Part shown: positions 28,268-38,690 of the stretch, one piece after another
Position numbering within the stretch: the first letter of the stretch is position 1
Layout of the letters: every line of letters starts with the position of its first letter
Source: a virus
Virus record (IMG/VR): IMGVR_UViG_3300034072_001093
Coordinates: 11,062-75,061 of that record
DNA: 64,000 bases
Strand: one strand, 5' to 3'
Translations under genes and position numbers: made by a program
The notes under the pieces: model-generated
The model's input: only the letters and a program-made list of their open reading frames with translations
What the model was told of the DNA's origin: nothing
Databases searched by the model: none

Positions 28268-30931
28268 TTAGGCAACCGCGCTCACGATTGCTTCAGTAAT
28301 ATCATCCGCCGTTGCGTCGTTCGCTATTTCAATTTCTTTGCTCCAATCAGGATAGAAGATGGACAGAGCCCCACCAAGCTTCACTTTATCGTGAGCTATA
28401 TCTGGGTGGTCTTGCCATCTGACGGCTTGAACGAGGTGTTTGTTGGTGTAGAGCACTGGCTCCATGCAATCCCGAATGAGGAAATATCCCGCATCGTGGA
28501 TCTGAGAGCATGGTCTGATGTCCAGACGGTGTTCACTCTTTCGGACTTTGCCCATGAACTCTGAGCCCGCTCGGGAATTGAGCAGACACCAGCTTTGTCC
28601 GAAGGCATTGCCTGCAGATCGGGCTTCTGCTTCTGCTTCGAATGGGGTCTTCCGGTTACCCCGGATGACCTGCTTCAGCAGCGGCGTGCGGACACGAAGG
28701 CCAAAGGCCACCGTGACATAGCCGGTCTTGCTCGCCTCCTGGATCTTGTTCCAGATCCATTCGTCGCTGACTTTGTAGAGCTCATGGTAGCGGGTCTCGA
28801 TCGCGATCGCTTGTTCCTTGTTGAGGCCCGTCTGTTCGACGATCCCTTTCCAGGTGCCACCATAGGTGAGCAGGAAGGTCGGAACCTTGCTCTCCTGCCG
28901 TTCGACAGGATAGGCTTTGGCGATCGAGTTGATGCTCACCACCGAGTTGGGATCAATGCCCTCCATGCGATATCCGAAATAGGAGAACGCTCGGAGGCAA
29001 TGACCATCGTATCCATCCGTGTAGACCTTAAGTTTCTGAGGGTCCTTTGTGGTGAGAGCCGAGATCCTGTCTTCGAGGGAATCGAAGTCCAGCCCCGCAA
29101 AAATCCACCCAGGTGGTGCGACGAAGCAGCTCTTTATGAGCTTGCCCAGGGCGAGCTTGCCCTTCTTGATGTACGGCTCCAGTATATGTCCGAACCTGTC
29201 GATCATTGCCTGCGAGACCGCCATGAAGATGTTGGACGGCAGGTTCTGCAGGTTGGGATCGGAGCTGCTGAGGCGGCCCGAGATCGTGCCTCCCAGGTTG
29301 AAGTTCCCGAACAGATAATGCCATCCATCGGGTCCCTCAAACGCACCCTTGAAAGCCGGGATGAACGAGGTCAGCAGCTTGTTGATGGCCTTGAACTCGA
29401 TCAGAGCTTCGAGGAACTCCAGCACCTCTGGCTCAGTGGTGTGGTTCTTCAGAGCCTTGAGGGTGTCGCCGTCGGTGGCTGGCAGCTTGGTGTCCGTCCT
29501 GGCGATTACGGGCAGACCGAGAACCTCGTAGAGCAGCTTCTGGAGCTGGGGCGGCGAGTTGGGATTGAAGACCTCCTTTCCGTCGGCCGCGGTAACCCGT
29601 TTCTTCTTGAGCTCGCTGTTCCGCTTGATTGCCCAGGCCTCGTTGAGCTTGGTGGTGAACTCGGCGATGATGGCTGAGGAGTTCATGACCTGGACCGAGT
29701 GGTCCTCATAGGCCTGCAACACCTCTTCAACTTCGAGGACACGATCCATCTTGAGGGGCATGCCGGTCAGCTGCATCTGGATGATGTCCAGCGTGGCAGG
29801 CTTGAAGACCGTCTCGTAAATGTCGAGCTGCTGATCGGCCACCATGGTATCCCAGTGCTTGTCCAGGGTGAACCAGGTGGAGAGACCATCGACCAGATTG
29901 TATTCCAGCAGTTTCGGCAGCGGAATGTTGGTGATGTCCTTGATGTCATCCTGCGCCCAGTTGCCGGAGAACTCCTGCGCCTGGGTTTTGAGGCTGAGAT
30001 CGTTGCCCGCCGTGCTGTTGGTGGCGAGATAGGTGATCAGCTTGGTGCAGTCCCAGTTCCTGAGCATGACCTCCATGCCTTCCAGTAGCCCCTCGGTGTC
30101 GAGGATGTGGTCCATGAAGAGCTGGTAGATCAGGATGTAGACGTCGAAGCTGATCGAGTGATAGATCGCCTTCTGAGTGAACGCCTCGAAGAAAGCCTTC
30201 AGCAGCGCCCTCACCGGCTCGTTGCGGACCTGGCGGCCGAACGGAGCTTCGGTGGCTCCAGCGATGGGCTCATAGTCCACCGCGAAGGCAATCCCTTCGT
30301 GCTGGTTCCAGCACATGGTAATGGTGCCGATCCCTGCTGTCGGGTGTTTCAGGCTGAAGGTCTCGATGTCGATCGTCAGAGGCGTGTCGAGATCGAGCAG
30401 CTTTTGCAGCCAGGCATGGATCTCCTCGTAGGTCTGGGGATATTCAGCGAACCGGATGATCCCTTTCCCTGGCTCCTGGTAGCAGCCGACACGGTGAGCT
30501 GTGAGGGCCTGCATACCCTGCTGGATCTGCTGGGTGATCTTGTCCGGATCGTAAAAGATCGATCGGTAATTGGGCACGTACACGACCTTGAAATCCCCGA
30601 ACGGGGAGTCGAGCACGTAGCCCATGTTCGGCTCGACCTTGCGGACGCCGGCCAGGACTTTGAAATAGTCACCTTGGGCACAGAGGACATACTTCACGCC
30701 CATGTCAGTGAGGACAGGAGCAAGCTCCTCCTCTACATAGGCCTTCATCTCGCCGACCGGGGTCTTCTTCTTGTCGGGCGACATGAAGAGGTCGATCACG
30801 AGAACGTCATCCGGGTTTACAGCCCCGTCGGATAAATAGGCTTTCTGGATCTCCTTCGTCATGATGGTGGGAGTGAGCAGAGCAACCTCGTAGCTGCTCT
30901 TCTCTTCCGAGCTGTAATAGGCGTACTTCAT
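28268..30931 (-). CDS. Family A DNA polymerase (N4 gp39-like)
   Basis: Exo I DIETFS, SGRLSSSDPNLQN, motif A DFDSLEDR, motif B RQESKVPTFLLTYGG and motif C QIHDA. Confidence 0.95.
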   Translation of the reverse strand: MKYAYYSSEEKSSYEVALLTPTIMTKEIQKAYLSDGAVNPDDVLVIDLFMSPDKKKTPVGEMKAYVEEELAPVLTDMGVKYVLCAQGDYFKVLAGVRKVEPNMGYVLDSPFGDFKVVYVPNYRSIFYDPDKITQQIQQGMQALTAHRVGCYQEPGKGIIRFAEYPQTYEEIHAWLQKLLDLDTPLTIDIETFSLKHPTAGIGTITMCWNQHEGIAFAVDYEPIAGATEAPFGRQVRNEPVRALLKAFFEAFTQKAIYHSISFDVYILIYQLFMDHILDTEGLLEGMEVMLRNWDCTKLITYLATNSTAGNDLSLKTQAQEFSGNWAQDDIKDITNIPLPKLLEYNLVDGLSTWFTLDKHWDTMVADQQLDIYETVFKPATLDIIQMQLTGMPLKMDRVLEVEEVLQAYEDHSVQVMNSSAIIAEFTTKLNEAWAIKRNSELKKKRVTAADGKEVFNPNSPPQLQKLLYEVLGLPVIARTDTKLPATDGDTLKALKNHTTEPEVLEFLEALIEFKAINKLLTSFIPAFKGAFEGPDGWHYLFGNFNLGGTISGRLSSSDPNLQNLPSNIFMAVSQAMIDRFGHILEPYIKKGKLALGKLIKSCFVAPPGWIFAGLDFDSLEDRISALTTKDPQKLKVYTDGYDGHCLRAFSYFGYRMEGIDPNSVVSINSIAKAYPVERQESKVPTFLLTYGGTWKGIVEQTGLNKEQAIAIETRYHELYKVSDEWIWNKIQEASKTGYVTVAFGLRVRTPLLKQVIRGNRKTPFEAEAEARSAGNAFGQSWCLLNSRAGSEFMGKVRKSEHRLDIRPCSQIHDAGYFLIRDCMEPVLYTNKHLVQAVRWQDHPDIAHDKVKLGGALSIFYPDWSKEIEIANDATADDITEAIVSAVA

Positions 30932-30940
30932 CAGATTTCC

Positions 30941-31486
30941 TCAGTAAATCAGGCGGGTAGCGGAATAGGCTTCCATCTTCTCTTTGGTCTTCTCGAACTG
31001 GATCCAGGCAGGAGAACCAGGCTCCAGACAGAATCCCTCTTCGCCGGTTCGCTCCAATCCCTTGAAGATTTCAAGGGCCGGGATCACACACTCGGGAAGA
31101 GAATTCCTGAGAGCGAGGAGGTCGGGTTCGACGGCTTTTACAAGGCCGACAATTCCCTGCCGGATGGCCTTGCGGTCTTCCAGGAGCAGGGCATGATCAG
31201 CCAGGAGTTCCTGCATCTCTCCCTTGAGCGAGAGATGCAGGCCCCTCAAAGGTTGCCCGCGAACAGGGCAATCCGGATGCCGGTAGGCAACCCCATCGTA
31301 GAGGAATCCCCAGCGCCTCTGGCCCTCGGTCTTCTCCATGATGTTGTCATGCTTGAGGACCAGGGCGTAGACCCGCTTGAGCCAGTGTTCGCTCTCATGG
31401 ACGAACAGGTAGCGATCAATGGCACCGGTTACGACGTCCACGAATGCGTTCCTGGCTCTCTGGGCAGTCATGTTGACAGGCGGCAT
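30941..31486 (-). CDS. Hypothetical protein (N4 gp38-like position)
   Basis: GFLYDG and RNSLPEC motifs. Lies between helicase and polymerase. Confidence 0.65.
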   Translation of the reverse strand: MPPVNMTAQRARNAFVDVVTGAIDRYLFVHESEHWLKRVYALVLKHDNIMEKTEGQRRWGFLYDGVAYRHPDCPVRGQPLRGLHLSLKGEMQELLADHALLLEDRKAIRQGIVGLVKAVEPDLLALRNSLPECVIPALEIFKGLERTGEEGFCLEPGSPAWIQFEKTKEKMEAYSATRLIY

Positions 31487-31496
31487 GGGGGTTCTC

Positions 31497-32828
31497 CTAG
31501 TGGATCAGCCCGCCAAAGCGTGGAGCCAGGTCTCCGAAAAGGAAGACCCGCTCCCTGGCTCTCGAGAAAGCCACGTAGAGCATACGAGCTGCTTGGTTGG
31601 GGTTGGTACAGGTGCTGATGTTGCCGAGGTCGATGACCGCGGTTTCGTAGGTCGAGCCCTGGGCCTTGTAGACCGTGCCTGCGTCGAGGGGACGGAGGTC
31701 CGGATAACCCTGCTTCAGGTGGAAGTGGGTCGGCCAGTCCTGCTTCTTGGCGAAATACTGGATGCAGGCACGAAGGTGGTCCATGTCCATGGCAATGGGC
31801 ACGTTCGTGTGAGTACCGCCGCTGGCAGTGGCGATCGTTGCAAGCCGGTAATCTAGGGTCACGCCATCCGGCAGCTGGGCGGTCTTGATGCCGGTGTCAT
31901 AGGACAGGATCTTAACCCCTGCCTCGACCGAGAGCAGGCCATTGCGAAGCTGGACAGCGTTGTTGTTGACCAGGAACTCGTTGGTGGTGAGTTCAGCCGG
32001 CAGGTTGCGGATCTGCCGGATATAGTCGTTGAATAGGCTCACCCGCTCGTTGGTGTAAGCCAGGATGCGGTGATCACGGGTCGGCGAAGAGAAGTTGTGG
32101 TCGAGGACCGCCTGCAGATCTTCATCGTCGCAGTGATCGATGACGCCGGGGACGATCTTGATCGGCTTGAAGATGCCGGTCTCGACGGTCTCACGGAGCT
32201 GGTTGCAGACCTCCATCAGGGCTGTCTGGTTCGAGTTCCGCATCTGCTGCTTGAGCTCGACGAAGGGCTTGTTGCCCAGGAACACAGGCGAGATCCTTTC
32301 CATGACGGGAGCCAGCTGGCAGTGATCACCAACATAGACGATCTTGCAGTTCAGGGTGCCCTGGTGGATCATGTTGTAGAGACCGCTGTCGATCATCGAA
32401 CATTCGTCGACGAACAGGATCTTGTTCTCGTGGACCTTGAAATCCTTGCGCTTGGCGAGCTTGGATTTTCCGGTGTTGTAGTCCTCGCGGACGTTGAGCC
32501 GGAGGAAGGATGCCAGTGTCTGGGAAGGCCGCTGAGTGGCAACAGCCAGCACTTCGGCCGCCTTGTTGGTGGTCGCCGTCATGTGAACTTCGTCATAGAC
32601 AGGCGGCATGCCCATCAGCTGGCAGGTCTGCTGGTAGCGGGGCATGATGTCATCGATCATCAGGCTCATGGTGAACGTCTTGCCGACGCCACCCGGGCCA
32701 GACATGATCATCTCTTTCTCATTCGAGAAGAGGAAGTTGAAGAACATGTCGGCAGCTGCCTGCTGGTCTTCGTTGGGCGCAGGCTTCTTGGCCTGGCGAG
32801 CAGAGATGCTCGACGTGATCTGGTTCAT
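31497..32828 (-). CDS. SF1 (Dda/RecD-like) DNA helicase
   Basis: GPGGVGKT, ATTNKAA, VDECSM, GDHCQLAPV, YKAQGSTY and LYVAFSRAR. Confidence 0.92.
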   Translation of the reverse strand: MNQITSSISARQAKKPAPNEDQQAAADMFFNFLFSNEKEMIMSGPGGVGKTFTMSLMIDDIMPRYQQTCQLMGMPPVYDEVHMTATTNKAAEVLAVATQRPSQTLASFLRLNVREDYNTGKSKLAKRKDFKVHENKILFVDECSMIDSGLYNMIHQGTLNCKIVYVGDHCQLAPVMERISPVFLGNKPFVELKQQMRNSNQTALMEVCNQLRETVETGIFKPIKIVPGVIDHCDDEDLQAVLDHNFSSPTRDHRILAYTNERVSLFNDYIRQIRNLPAELTTNEFLVNNNAVQLRNGLLSVEAGVKILSYDTGIKTAQLPDGVTLDYRLATIATASGGTHTNVPIAMDMDHLRACIQYFAKKQDWPTHFHLKQGYPDLRPLDAGTVYKAQGSTYETAVIDLGNISTCTNPNQAARMLYVAFSRARERVFLFGDLAPRFGGLIH

Positions 32829-32892
32829 GGGTTTTTCCGTTATGCTGCTGGGGCTGCGTCCCCCCAGAAAAGAGGGGACGCATCCATGGAGA

Positions 32893-34551
32893 TCAGGCAA
32901 TCTTGGTCTTGATCACCGCGATTTCCTGCGGGGTGAAGCTGAGCTTCTCCCAGGAAATCTTGACCTTCTGCTTGTGGTTCAGGAGAGCTGCCCACTGCTG
33001 CTTCTCGTAGAGAGCACGAGCGGTGGCCTGACGGGGGCCGAGGCCAGCCATCGGGTCCTTCTTCGGCGGAGCGGTCTTGGTCGGAGCCTGGGCAACAGGA
33101 CGCTGATGCAGGCTTTTGCGAGCGCCCATCTCGTCGATGAACGCCTTCAAGCCCTGATCAGTGATCGTCGGAAAGCCGAGCTTTTCCCAGGTCCTCTTGG
33201 TCCTGGCTCGAATGGCCAGCAGATCTTCGGCCGCTTGGGCGCGGACCTTGCTGTGGTTGGCACGGCTCTGCATCGTGTCGATCAGGCTCTGGATGGACTG
33301 CGCCTGGGTCATGCTGACCTTCTGCTCGGTGACCTGCTTGCTCAGAGCCGTCGGATCGACAGCCGGAGCAACAGGCTTCTTGGGATCGGAAAGGTCGATG
33401 GCTTCAGCTTCCTGGCTCGGCATTGCCACGGTGACGTCGGCTGCATTGGGGATGGACAGCGCTTTGGTCTCGAAAGACCCGCCCATTGCGGAGGTGATAC
33501 GCACCTCCTCGATCGGCGGAGCGTGATGGCCGGCAATAGCCGCTGCGAGCAGCGTTTTGCCTTCAGGATGGTCGGTCATGGGTTTGCCTTGCTTGAGGCT
33601 CAGGAACATGTCGTCCGTGAGCTCGAAGATGATGTGGTAGCCAGCGACCCGCATTTTGTCGGGCTCGTTGTGGGGCACTGCGATGACGTCTTCGGGTGCA
33701 ACCTTGCCAAGGGTGCATGCCGTGCCGGGGAAGGTGCGGAGATAGCCACGACGAGCGACATGGAGACCGGTGGAGCACTGGGTCCGACGGCTCGGGTCAA
33801 TCAGCTTTTCGTCCATGCAGACGAAGCTGCCGACCCGCTGCACCACCCTGTTGGTGTGGCAGTCGACATAGGTGTGTTCACCGCGGCGGTTGAGCACCTT
33901 GTAGATGATGATTGAACCATCTTCAGCGATCGGCAGATCAGCCCGTTCCAGGAAGTGCATGAGCTCCTGGGCAGTGTGCTGACGCTTGGATGCGACGGTC
34001 GCCATACGAGCAAAGAATGCTTCCAGAGCCTTGGGCGAGCCCAATTTGTTGGCGTGGGCGATCTGGCGCTGCAATTTCTCTGCCCCCACAATGGGGGTAT
34101 CGTTGACGACGGCAACGACGGTCTGGTCTTTGTCCAGCTCATCGTTGGTCATCGGCTCGGCATGGGCCATGATGTCAGCCAGAGCGGCATCGATCTTGGC
34201 CCGCTGGTCCGGGACAGCGCCCATGGCGATATTGGGCACCATGGGGGCTTCCTCTGCGGGCTCGTCTTCGGAGCTGAACAGCTCCTTGATCTTGGCCTTC
34301 GCCACCCGGAAGAAGCGAACCAGGCCACCGGTGGATTTCTCGAAATCCTGGTAGTTGGTGGTGGGCGGAGTTTCCTCGATTGAGATGTCGACCTCGGCGA
34401 CCTGACGAGCCAGGAGAGCATCCTTGGACTCGTCGATGATGCGCTGAAGGCGGGGATCGCCCTGCTCGATGCGAGAGGTCTTGCCGTCCTCGTGGTAGAG
34501 GGTGAGGCAAACCTTATCGACCACCAGGGCAACGATGCGGAGTTTGGTCAT
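32893..34551 (-). CDS. rIIB: rIIB-like protein
   Basis: LPIAEDG.IIIYK, CSTGLHV, PEDVIAVP and KMRV motifs. Downstream of rIIA. Confidence 0.85.
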   Translation of the reverse strand: MTKLRIVALVVDKVCLTLYHEDGKTSRIEQGDPRLQRIIDESKDALLARQVAEVDISIEETPPTTNYQDFEKSTGGLVRFFRVAKAKIKELFSSEDEPAEEAPMVPNIAMGAVPDQRAKIDAALADIMAHAEPMTNDELDKDQTVVAVVNDTPIVGAEKLQRQIAHANKLGSPKALEAFFARMATVASKRQHTAQELMHFLERADLPIAEDGSIIIYKVLNRRGEHTYVDCHTNRVVQRVGSFVCMDEKLIDPSRRTQCSTGLHVARRGYLRTFPGTACTLGKVAPEDVIAVPHNEPDKMRVAGYHIIFELTDDMFLSLKQGKPMTDHPEGKTLLAAAIAGHHAPPIEEVRITSAMGGSFETKALSIPNAADVTVAMPSQEAEAIDLSDPKKPVAPAVDPTALSKQVTEQKVSMTQAQSIQSLIDTMQSRANHSKVRAQAAEDLLAIRARTKRTWEKLGFPTITDQGLKAFIDEMGARKSLHQRPVAQAPTKTAPPKKDPMAGLGPRQATARALYEKQQWAALLNHKQKVKISWEKLSFTPQEIAVIKTKIA

Positions 34552-36971
34552 TTCTGGGTTTCCTTGGAATTGCTCGCCACTGCCAGCTTGATCATTTCGA
34601 TCAGAGCGGGCCTGGTCGTGGGCGAGTAGGGTTCGGGGGAGTGGAGAATGCCGACGAGCGGGTAGATGTCGAAGACATCCATGAGCTTGTTGCAGGACAT
34701 CCTGATGATGGTGCTCACGAAAGCACTGTCCAGTTTCACCTTCTGGGCAGCGTCCTCGATAGCAGTGCTATCGAAGAACGTTGCCTTGGTCAGAGACCGG
34801 GCAATGCTGATGATGTTCCAGTCCTTTTCGGTGAGGTCCTGGACCACTCCGAGGGTAGACTGGAGCTCGGGAATCCTCTCGACGGCGTTCATGAAAAACA
34901 CGAACACGCGGGGAAGTTTGATGCGGGTGAAATCCCGAGCCAGGTGAGCCCGGATACGAGGGTTGGTCTCATATTCCTTGACGATCAGTTCAATCAGGTG
35001 GGCGTTGAGGCTCTTGGCTCCTTTCTTGATGTAGGCCTCTTCCTGGGTCACGCTGATGGTCAGACCGACCTTGTCAGCGAACATGTCCATGATGGCCTTG
35101 CTCGCGTCTTCGTTGAGGTAGTCGGTCAGCTCAGTGCCTTCCTTGCCCCGCTTGACGGTTAGAACGAACTCCGGTTTCTCAGACCGGGCTTTGACGCTCT
35201 CACTGCATGCGGGATCTTCCGGCATCGAGAAGCTGCGTTTCCAGACGCGGACACCGGACAGAAGGGGCAGGCCCTTCTTGACGTTCCGTTCGGCCCGGAT
35301 GATGGGCGTAACCACATCCGGTTCTTCCCAGGGTTGAACGATCGTCATGTCGAGGACGGTATACCCCAGGCTCTCGAAGGCTTCTCTGACCTTCGGGGTC
35401 TTGGTGTAGGTCCTCGGGACGATGAAGGTGATGACGCCGTGCATGGCAGCATCAATCCCCTCCATTTCAGGGAAGCGCTTGATGCGGTTCCTGATGTCCT
35501 CGGGGGTGAAGCCGATAGCTGCAATCTTGCGACATACAGCAATGCCCTGCTCCTGCCAGAAGTTGTCGTGCAGCCGCAGCTGGTCGAACGAATGCTGACA
35601 GGGCCGGTAGGAGTCACGCAGCCAGATCGACAGACGCTTGATCGGGAGATCCCGGCTCGAAATCGCGTCCTTCACCGGTTGAATGACCTGGCTCATGAAC
35701 CAGTAATTCACTGCCGGAGTGGCGGACGTTTTCAGCTTCCTGTCGATCAGAAGAGCATGGCGGAAGGATTTCAGGAGGTCCTTGTCGCCAATCCCCTGGT
35801 GCTGCAGAACACGAGCACGCAGGAAGAGCTCGTCATCTGCCATGTTGCCGTAAGTGCCGCCGTGAAGCCTGTAGCGAGCGAGACGCTGAACCAGGTGGTC
35901 AGGCTTGAACAGGATCGACCTATTCGGCACCGAGACAGGCATGGGATGCCGGGTATCGAAGACTTGCCACGCCTTCACGGGAGTGTCGAACTCGTTGAAA
36001 AAGCTGCGAAAAGCAACGTTGGCTTTATGCTCAAGATTGGCTTCAGCCTGATCGAGGCATTCCGTGATGAGCTTCTTGATCGTGGCGATCGTCATCGGGG
36101 TGAGAGACAGACTTTCCCGGCTCGGAGTGATGCTGAGGCTGTCAGCCGGAGCCTGGAAAATGATCGAGAGTCTCTCGTTTCGGCCAGCGACCTTATCGAC
36201 GAACTTCGACGCACGGTTGAGCTCGGCCTCATACTCGGCAGACCGAGGAACAGGGTAGATCACGTTGCCCAGGCGGATCTGAATCTTGTTGTTGTAATGG
36301 AGGGGCACCAGAAGGAAGCCCATCTCGGCCTTCGAGAAGGGATAGGTGTTGAGCTGCTTGCCGTTGAGCTCGACCAGCATTTCGCCGTTGCGGACAACCT
36401 CGTGAATGAGACTCTCAAACCGACTGCGGTCCTGGCTGGTCTTCAGGGGTATGTTGACCTCGACGCCGGTCTCTTCCGTGGGGAAGGACGCGATCGGCAA
36501 GATGCTGGGCTTGCCGTTCACCTCGGCCGAGGACTTCGACATGTTGTAGATGGTCCGCTCACCATCATGGTAGCTGGTGACCTGGAAGTGGTCGGTGAAC
36601 GAAAACGGTGCCTTGCAGCCCAGGCCGAAGCCACCGGTCACGAATTTGTTGGCCCGCTTGGTGGAGCCGCCATAGGTGCCGAACAGCGGCTTGATCATGT
36701 TCTTGGCGATGCCGTTGCCGAAGTCGCGGAAGATGACGGCTTCGTTGGTCAGGGTGACCTGCAGGGGCACGTTCTGCTTGCCGGCCTCGATGTGAGCATC
36801 CCACCCATTGCAGAGGGTCTCACGAACGACAGCCAGAGGCTGGTTCGAGTAGAGAGCGCCGGAGAGGACCATCATGAGGGTGGGGTCGGAGTCGTCGAAG
36901 GTGAACTCCATGGCCTCGCCACCGCCGATAACGGCGTGGGTAACGTGGTCTTCGTGATGTGCGACTTTCAT
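34548..36971 (-). CDS. rIIA: rIIA-like protein (GHKL ATPase N-terminus)
   Basis: LYSN..AVVRETLCNGWDAH, RDFGNGI, GGFGLGCKAPF and PSRESL. Confidence 0.88.
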   Translation of the reverse strand: MKVAHHEDHVTHAVIGGGEAMEFTFDDSDPTLMMVLSGALYSNQPLAVVRETLCNGWDAHIEAGKQNVPLQVTLTNEAVIFRDFGNGIAKNMIKPLFGTYGGSTKRANKFVTGGFGLGCKAPFSFTDHFQVTSYHDGERTIYNMSKSSAEVNGKPSILPIASFPTEETGVEVNIPLKTSQDRSRFESLIHEVVRNGEMLVELNGKQLNTYPFSKAEMGFLLVPLHYNNKIQIRLGNVIYPVPRSAEYEAELNRASKFVDKVAGRNERLSIIFQAPADSLSITPSRESLSLTPMTIATIKKLITECLDQAEANLEHKANVAFRSFFNEFDTPVKAWQVFDTRHPMPVSVPNRSILFKPDHLVQRLARYRLHGGTYGNMADDELFLRARVLQHQGIGDKDLLKSFRHALLIDRKLKTSATPAVNYWFMSQVIQPVKDAISSRDLPIKRLSIWLRDSYRPCQHSFDQLRLHDNFWQEQGIAVCRKIAAIGFTPEDIRNRIKRFPEMEGIDAAMHGVITFIVPRTYTKTPKVREAFESLGYTVLDMTIVQPWEEPDVVTPIIRAERNVKKGLPLLSGVRVWKRSFSMPEDPACSESVKARSEKPEFVLTVKRGKEGTELTDYLNEDASKAIMDMFADKVGLTISVTQEEAYIKKGAKSLNAHLIELIVKEYETNPRIRAHLARDFTRIKLPRVFVFFMNAVERIPELQSTLGVVQDLTEKDWNIISIARSLTKATFFDSTAIEDAAQKVKLDSAFVSTIIRMSCNKLMDVFDIYPLVGILHSPEPYSPTTRPALIEMIKLAVASNSKETQK

Positions 36972-37067
36972 GATGGCTTCCTTGGTTCTGGGTTTAGGAC
37001 GCACAGGGCCAGCCCACCCCCGGAGGGGGTTGGCGGCTCCTGTGCTGTCTGGTCTGATGGTTAGGGG

Positions 37068-37514
37068 TTAGACAAAGTGGTCGAGGAAGGGCGGCGAGTA
37101 GGCCGGCCCCTTCGTAATCTTGCCGTTCTCGTCGAAGATGGGATTGCCCTCTTCGTCGAACTTCGACCAGTTGGATCGATCGACCTCATCGAGTGCCTCC
37201 TCGATGTGCAACCCCAGAAAAACCCCCACACCGGTAGCCGTCACGACCTGATCGCAGAGAGAGTCGAGAAACTCCTTGCGGTCATCGGTCATGATCGGAG
37301 TGTCAGAGGTTTTCAGGTGCTTGGCCAGGGCCTCCATGGCTTCCTTGGCCTGCTGGCGCATGACCTCGCCGAAGCCGGATGTCGATCGATAGGCGTCGAG
37401 CATCTCGGCCACCTCTTCGAAGTGGACGCCCATCTGCACACGGATGTGCTTGGGCAGAGGCTCGGGCCTGGCCTTTCGGAACCAGTTGGCGATGCTGGAA
37501 ATGGTGTCGTTCAT
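37068..37514 (-). CDS. MazG-like NTP pyrophosphohydrolase
   Basis: EEVAE, DSLCDQVV, EVDRSNWSK and GKITKG. Confidence 0.8.
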   Translation of the reverse strand: MNDTISSIANWFRKARPEPLPKHIRVQMGVHFEEVAEMLDAYRSTSGFGEVMRQQAKEAMEALAKHLKTSDTPIMTDDRKEFLDSLCDQVVTATGVGVFLGLHIEEALDEVDRSNWSKFDEEGNPIFDENGKITKGPAYSPPFLDHFV

Positions 37515-37529
37515 TTGGTCTGGGTTCTT

Positions 37530-37838
37530 TCAGTTCGGGCGTGCAGCCCGGTATGCGTCGTTGATGAGGCCAGCGATAAAACGCCGAACGTCTCCCCGAA
37601 TGCCGATCTCGTCGGCAACCCAGTTCACCTGGTTCTCGGGCAGCTGCTCGAAGATCTCCTCCATGAATGATCTGCGAGTATCGTTCGGCTTGATGCCCAT
37701 GCGGGTCAGCCGGTGAGAGACGCTGGTGTGGTGCATCCCCAGCTTCCGTGCGATGGAAGCCGCGGAGAACCCCAAAGCGTTCATCCGGAGAATCTCCTCC
37801 TTGGTGTCGTAGAATTGTTCTGTTTTAGAAGCTGGCAT
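37530..37838 (-). CDS. HTH DNA-binding protein (type found upstream of rIIA in N4-like phages)
   Basis: GFSAASIARKLGMHHTSVSHRL HTH, then DTRRSFME. Confidence 0.75.
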   Translation of the reverse strand: MPASKTEQFYDTKEEILRMNALGFSAASIARKLGMHHTSVSHRLTRMGIKPNDTRRSFMEEIFEQLPENQVNWVADEIGIRGDVRRFIAGLINDAYRAARPN

Positions 37839-38225
37839 TGTGCGTGTCCCATTATCTTTATCGTTCGATGCAGACGTGCAGGATCGTCCGGAAAAGGTTC
37901 CGAAGTTGAGACGATCCTGCGGGATCAGCTAATTTTGCTATGCTGGAAAAGCATGGTCAGTGCTTTCTCCTGGCTCAAGCAGACAGCTTCGGGTCGCGCA
38001 CCCCAAGGGCACCACCCGAAGTAACAATCGCCAACCAAATACCCTGAGGGGGAGCGGATACTGGGATTGGTGAGACTGTCACCCTTAGCCCCGGCAGAGG
38101 CCACGTTCTGTCTACTAAATTGATGTTTGGTCTGGGTTTATGAGAAGTTGGTCGCTTCTATCCTATGATAGGGCAAGCCTGAATCTGGTGGCAAGCACTA
38201 TTTAGAGGTATGTCGACATTTCGTC

Positions 38226-38690
38226 TCAAATCTCCAGGAGCTTCCGGTGCTGGATCAGGTAGGAAGTTGCTCTTTCGAGCAAAGCCAGATCGTCTTTGAA
38301 GAAGCCCAGGCCGCGGTTACAGGAGCTGCAAAGCATGCCCCTGAAAGTGTGGGTCTGGTGACAATGATCGATCGAAAGCTCTTTCCACCTACCATCTCCA
38401 GCAGCCCCACAAAGGTCACAAAGACCGTTATGGGCGAGAAGCTGCTGAATAAGCTCTGGGGTCGCTTTGACGCCGATCCGACGAAGACGGTATCTCAGGC
38501 GACCCTCCGGATTGCCGTGATACCTATCGGAGGATTGAGCGTTGAGCTTGTCCTTGTTGGCCTGGCGATAACTCCGCATATACGCCTGATGCTGAGCCAG
38601 CTTATCGGGATCCGCATTACGCTTTGCCCTCGCTCTGGCGCATGCTTCGAGCTTCTTAGCAGAAGTTTTGTTAACCCTGGTCACGGTCAA
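38226..38690 (-). CDS. Endonuclease VII-like HNH (putative free-standing homing endonuclease)
   Basis: CDLC, IDHCH and RGMLCSSCNRGLG.F.D. The start overlaps the thyX stop. Confidence 0.85.
   Translation of the reverse strand: MTVTRVNKTSAKKLEACARARAKRNADPDKLAQHQAYMRSYRQANKDKLNAQSSDRYHGNPEGRLRYRLRRIGVKATPELIQQLLAHNGLCDLCGAAGDGRWKELSIDHCHQTHTFRGMLCSSCNRGLGFFKDDLALLERATSYLIQHRKLLEI

Noticed and set aside
38226-38690. Group I intron or intein in thyX
   Set aside because: thyX is an uninterrupted frame with its own stop before the HNH gene, and no intron core or intein termini were seen.
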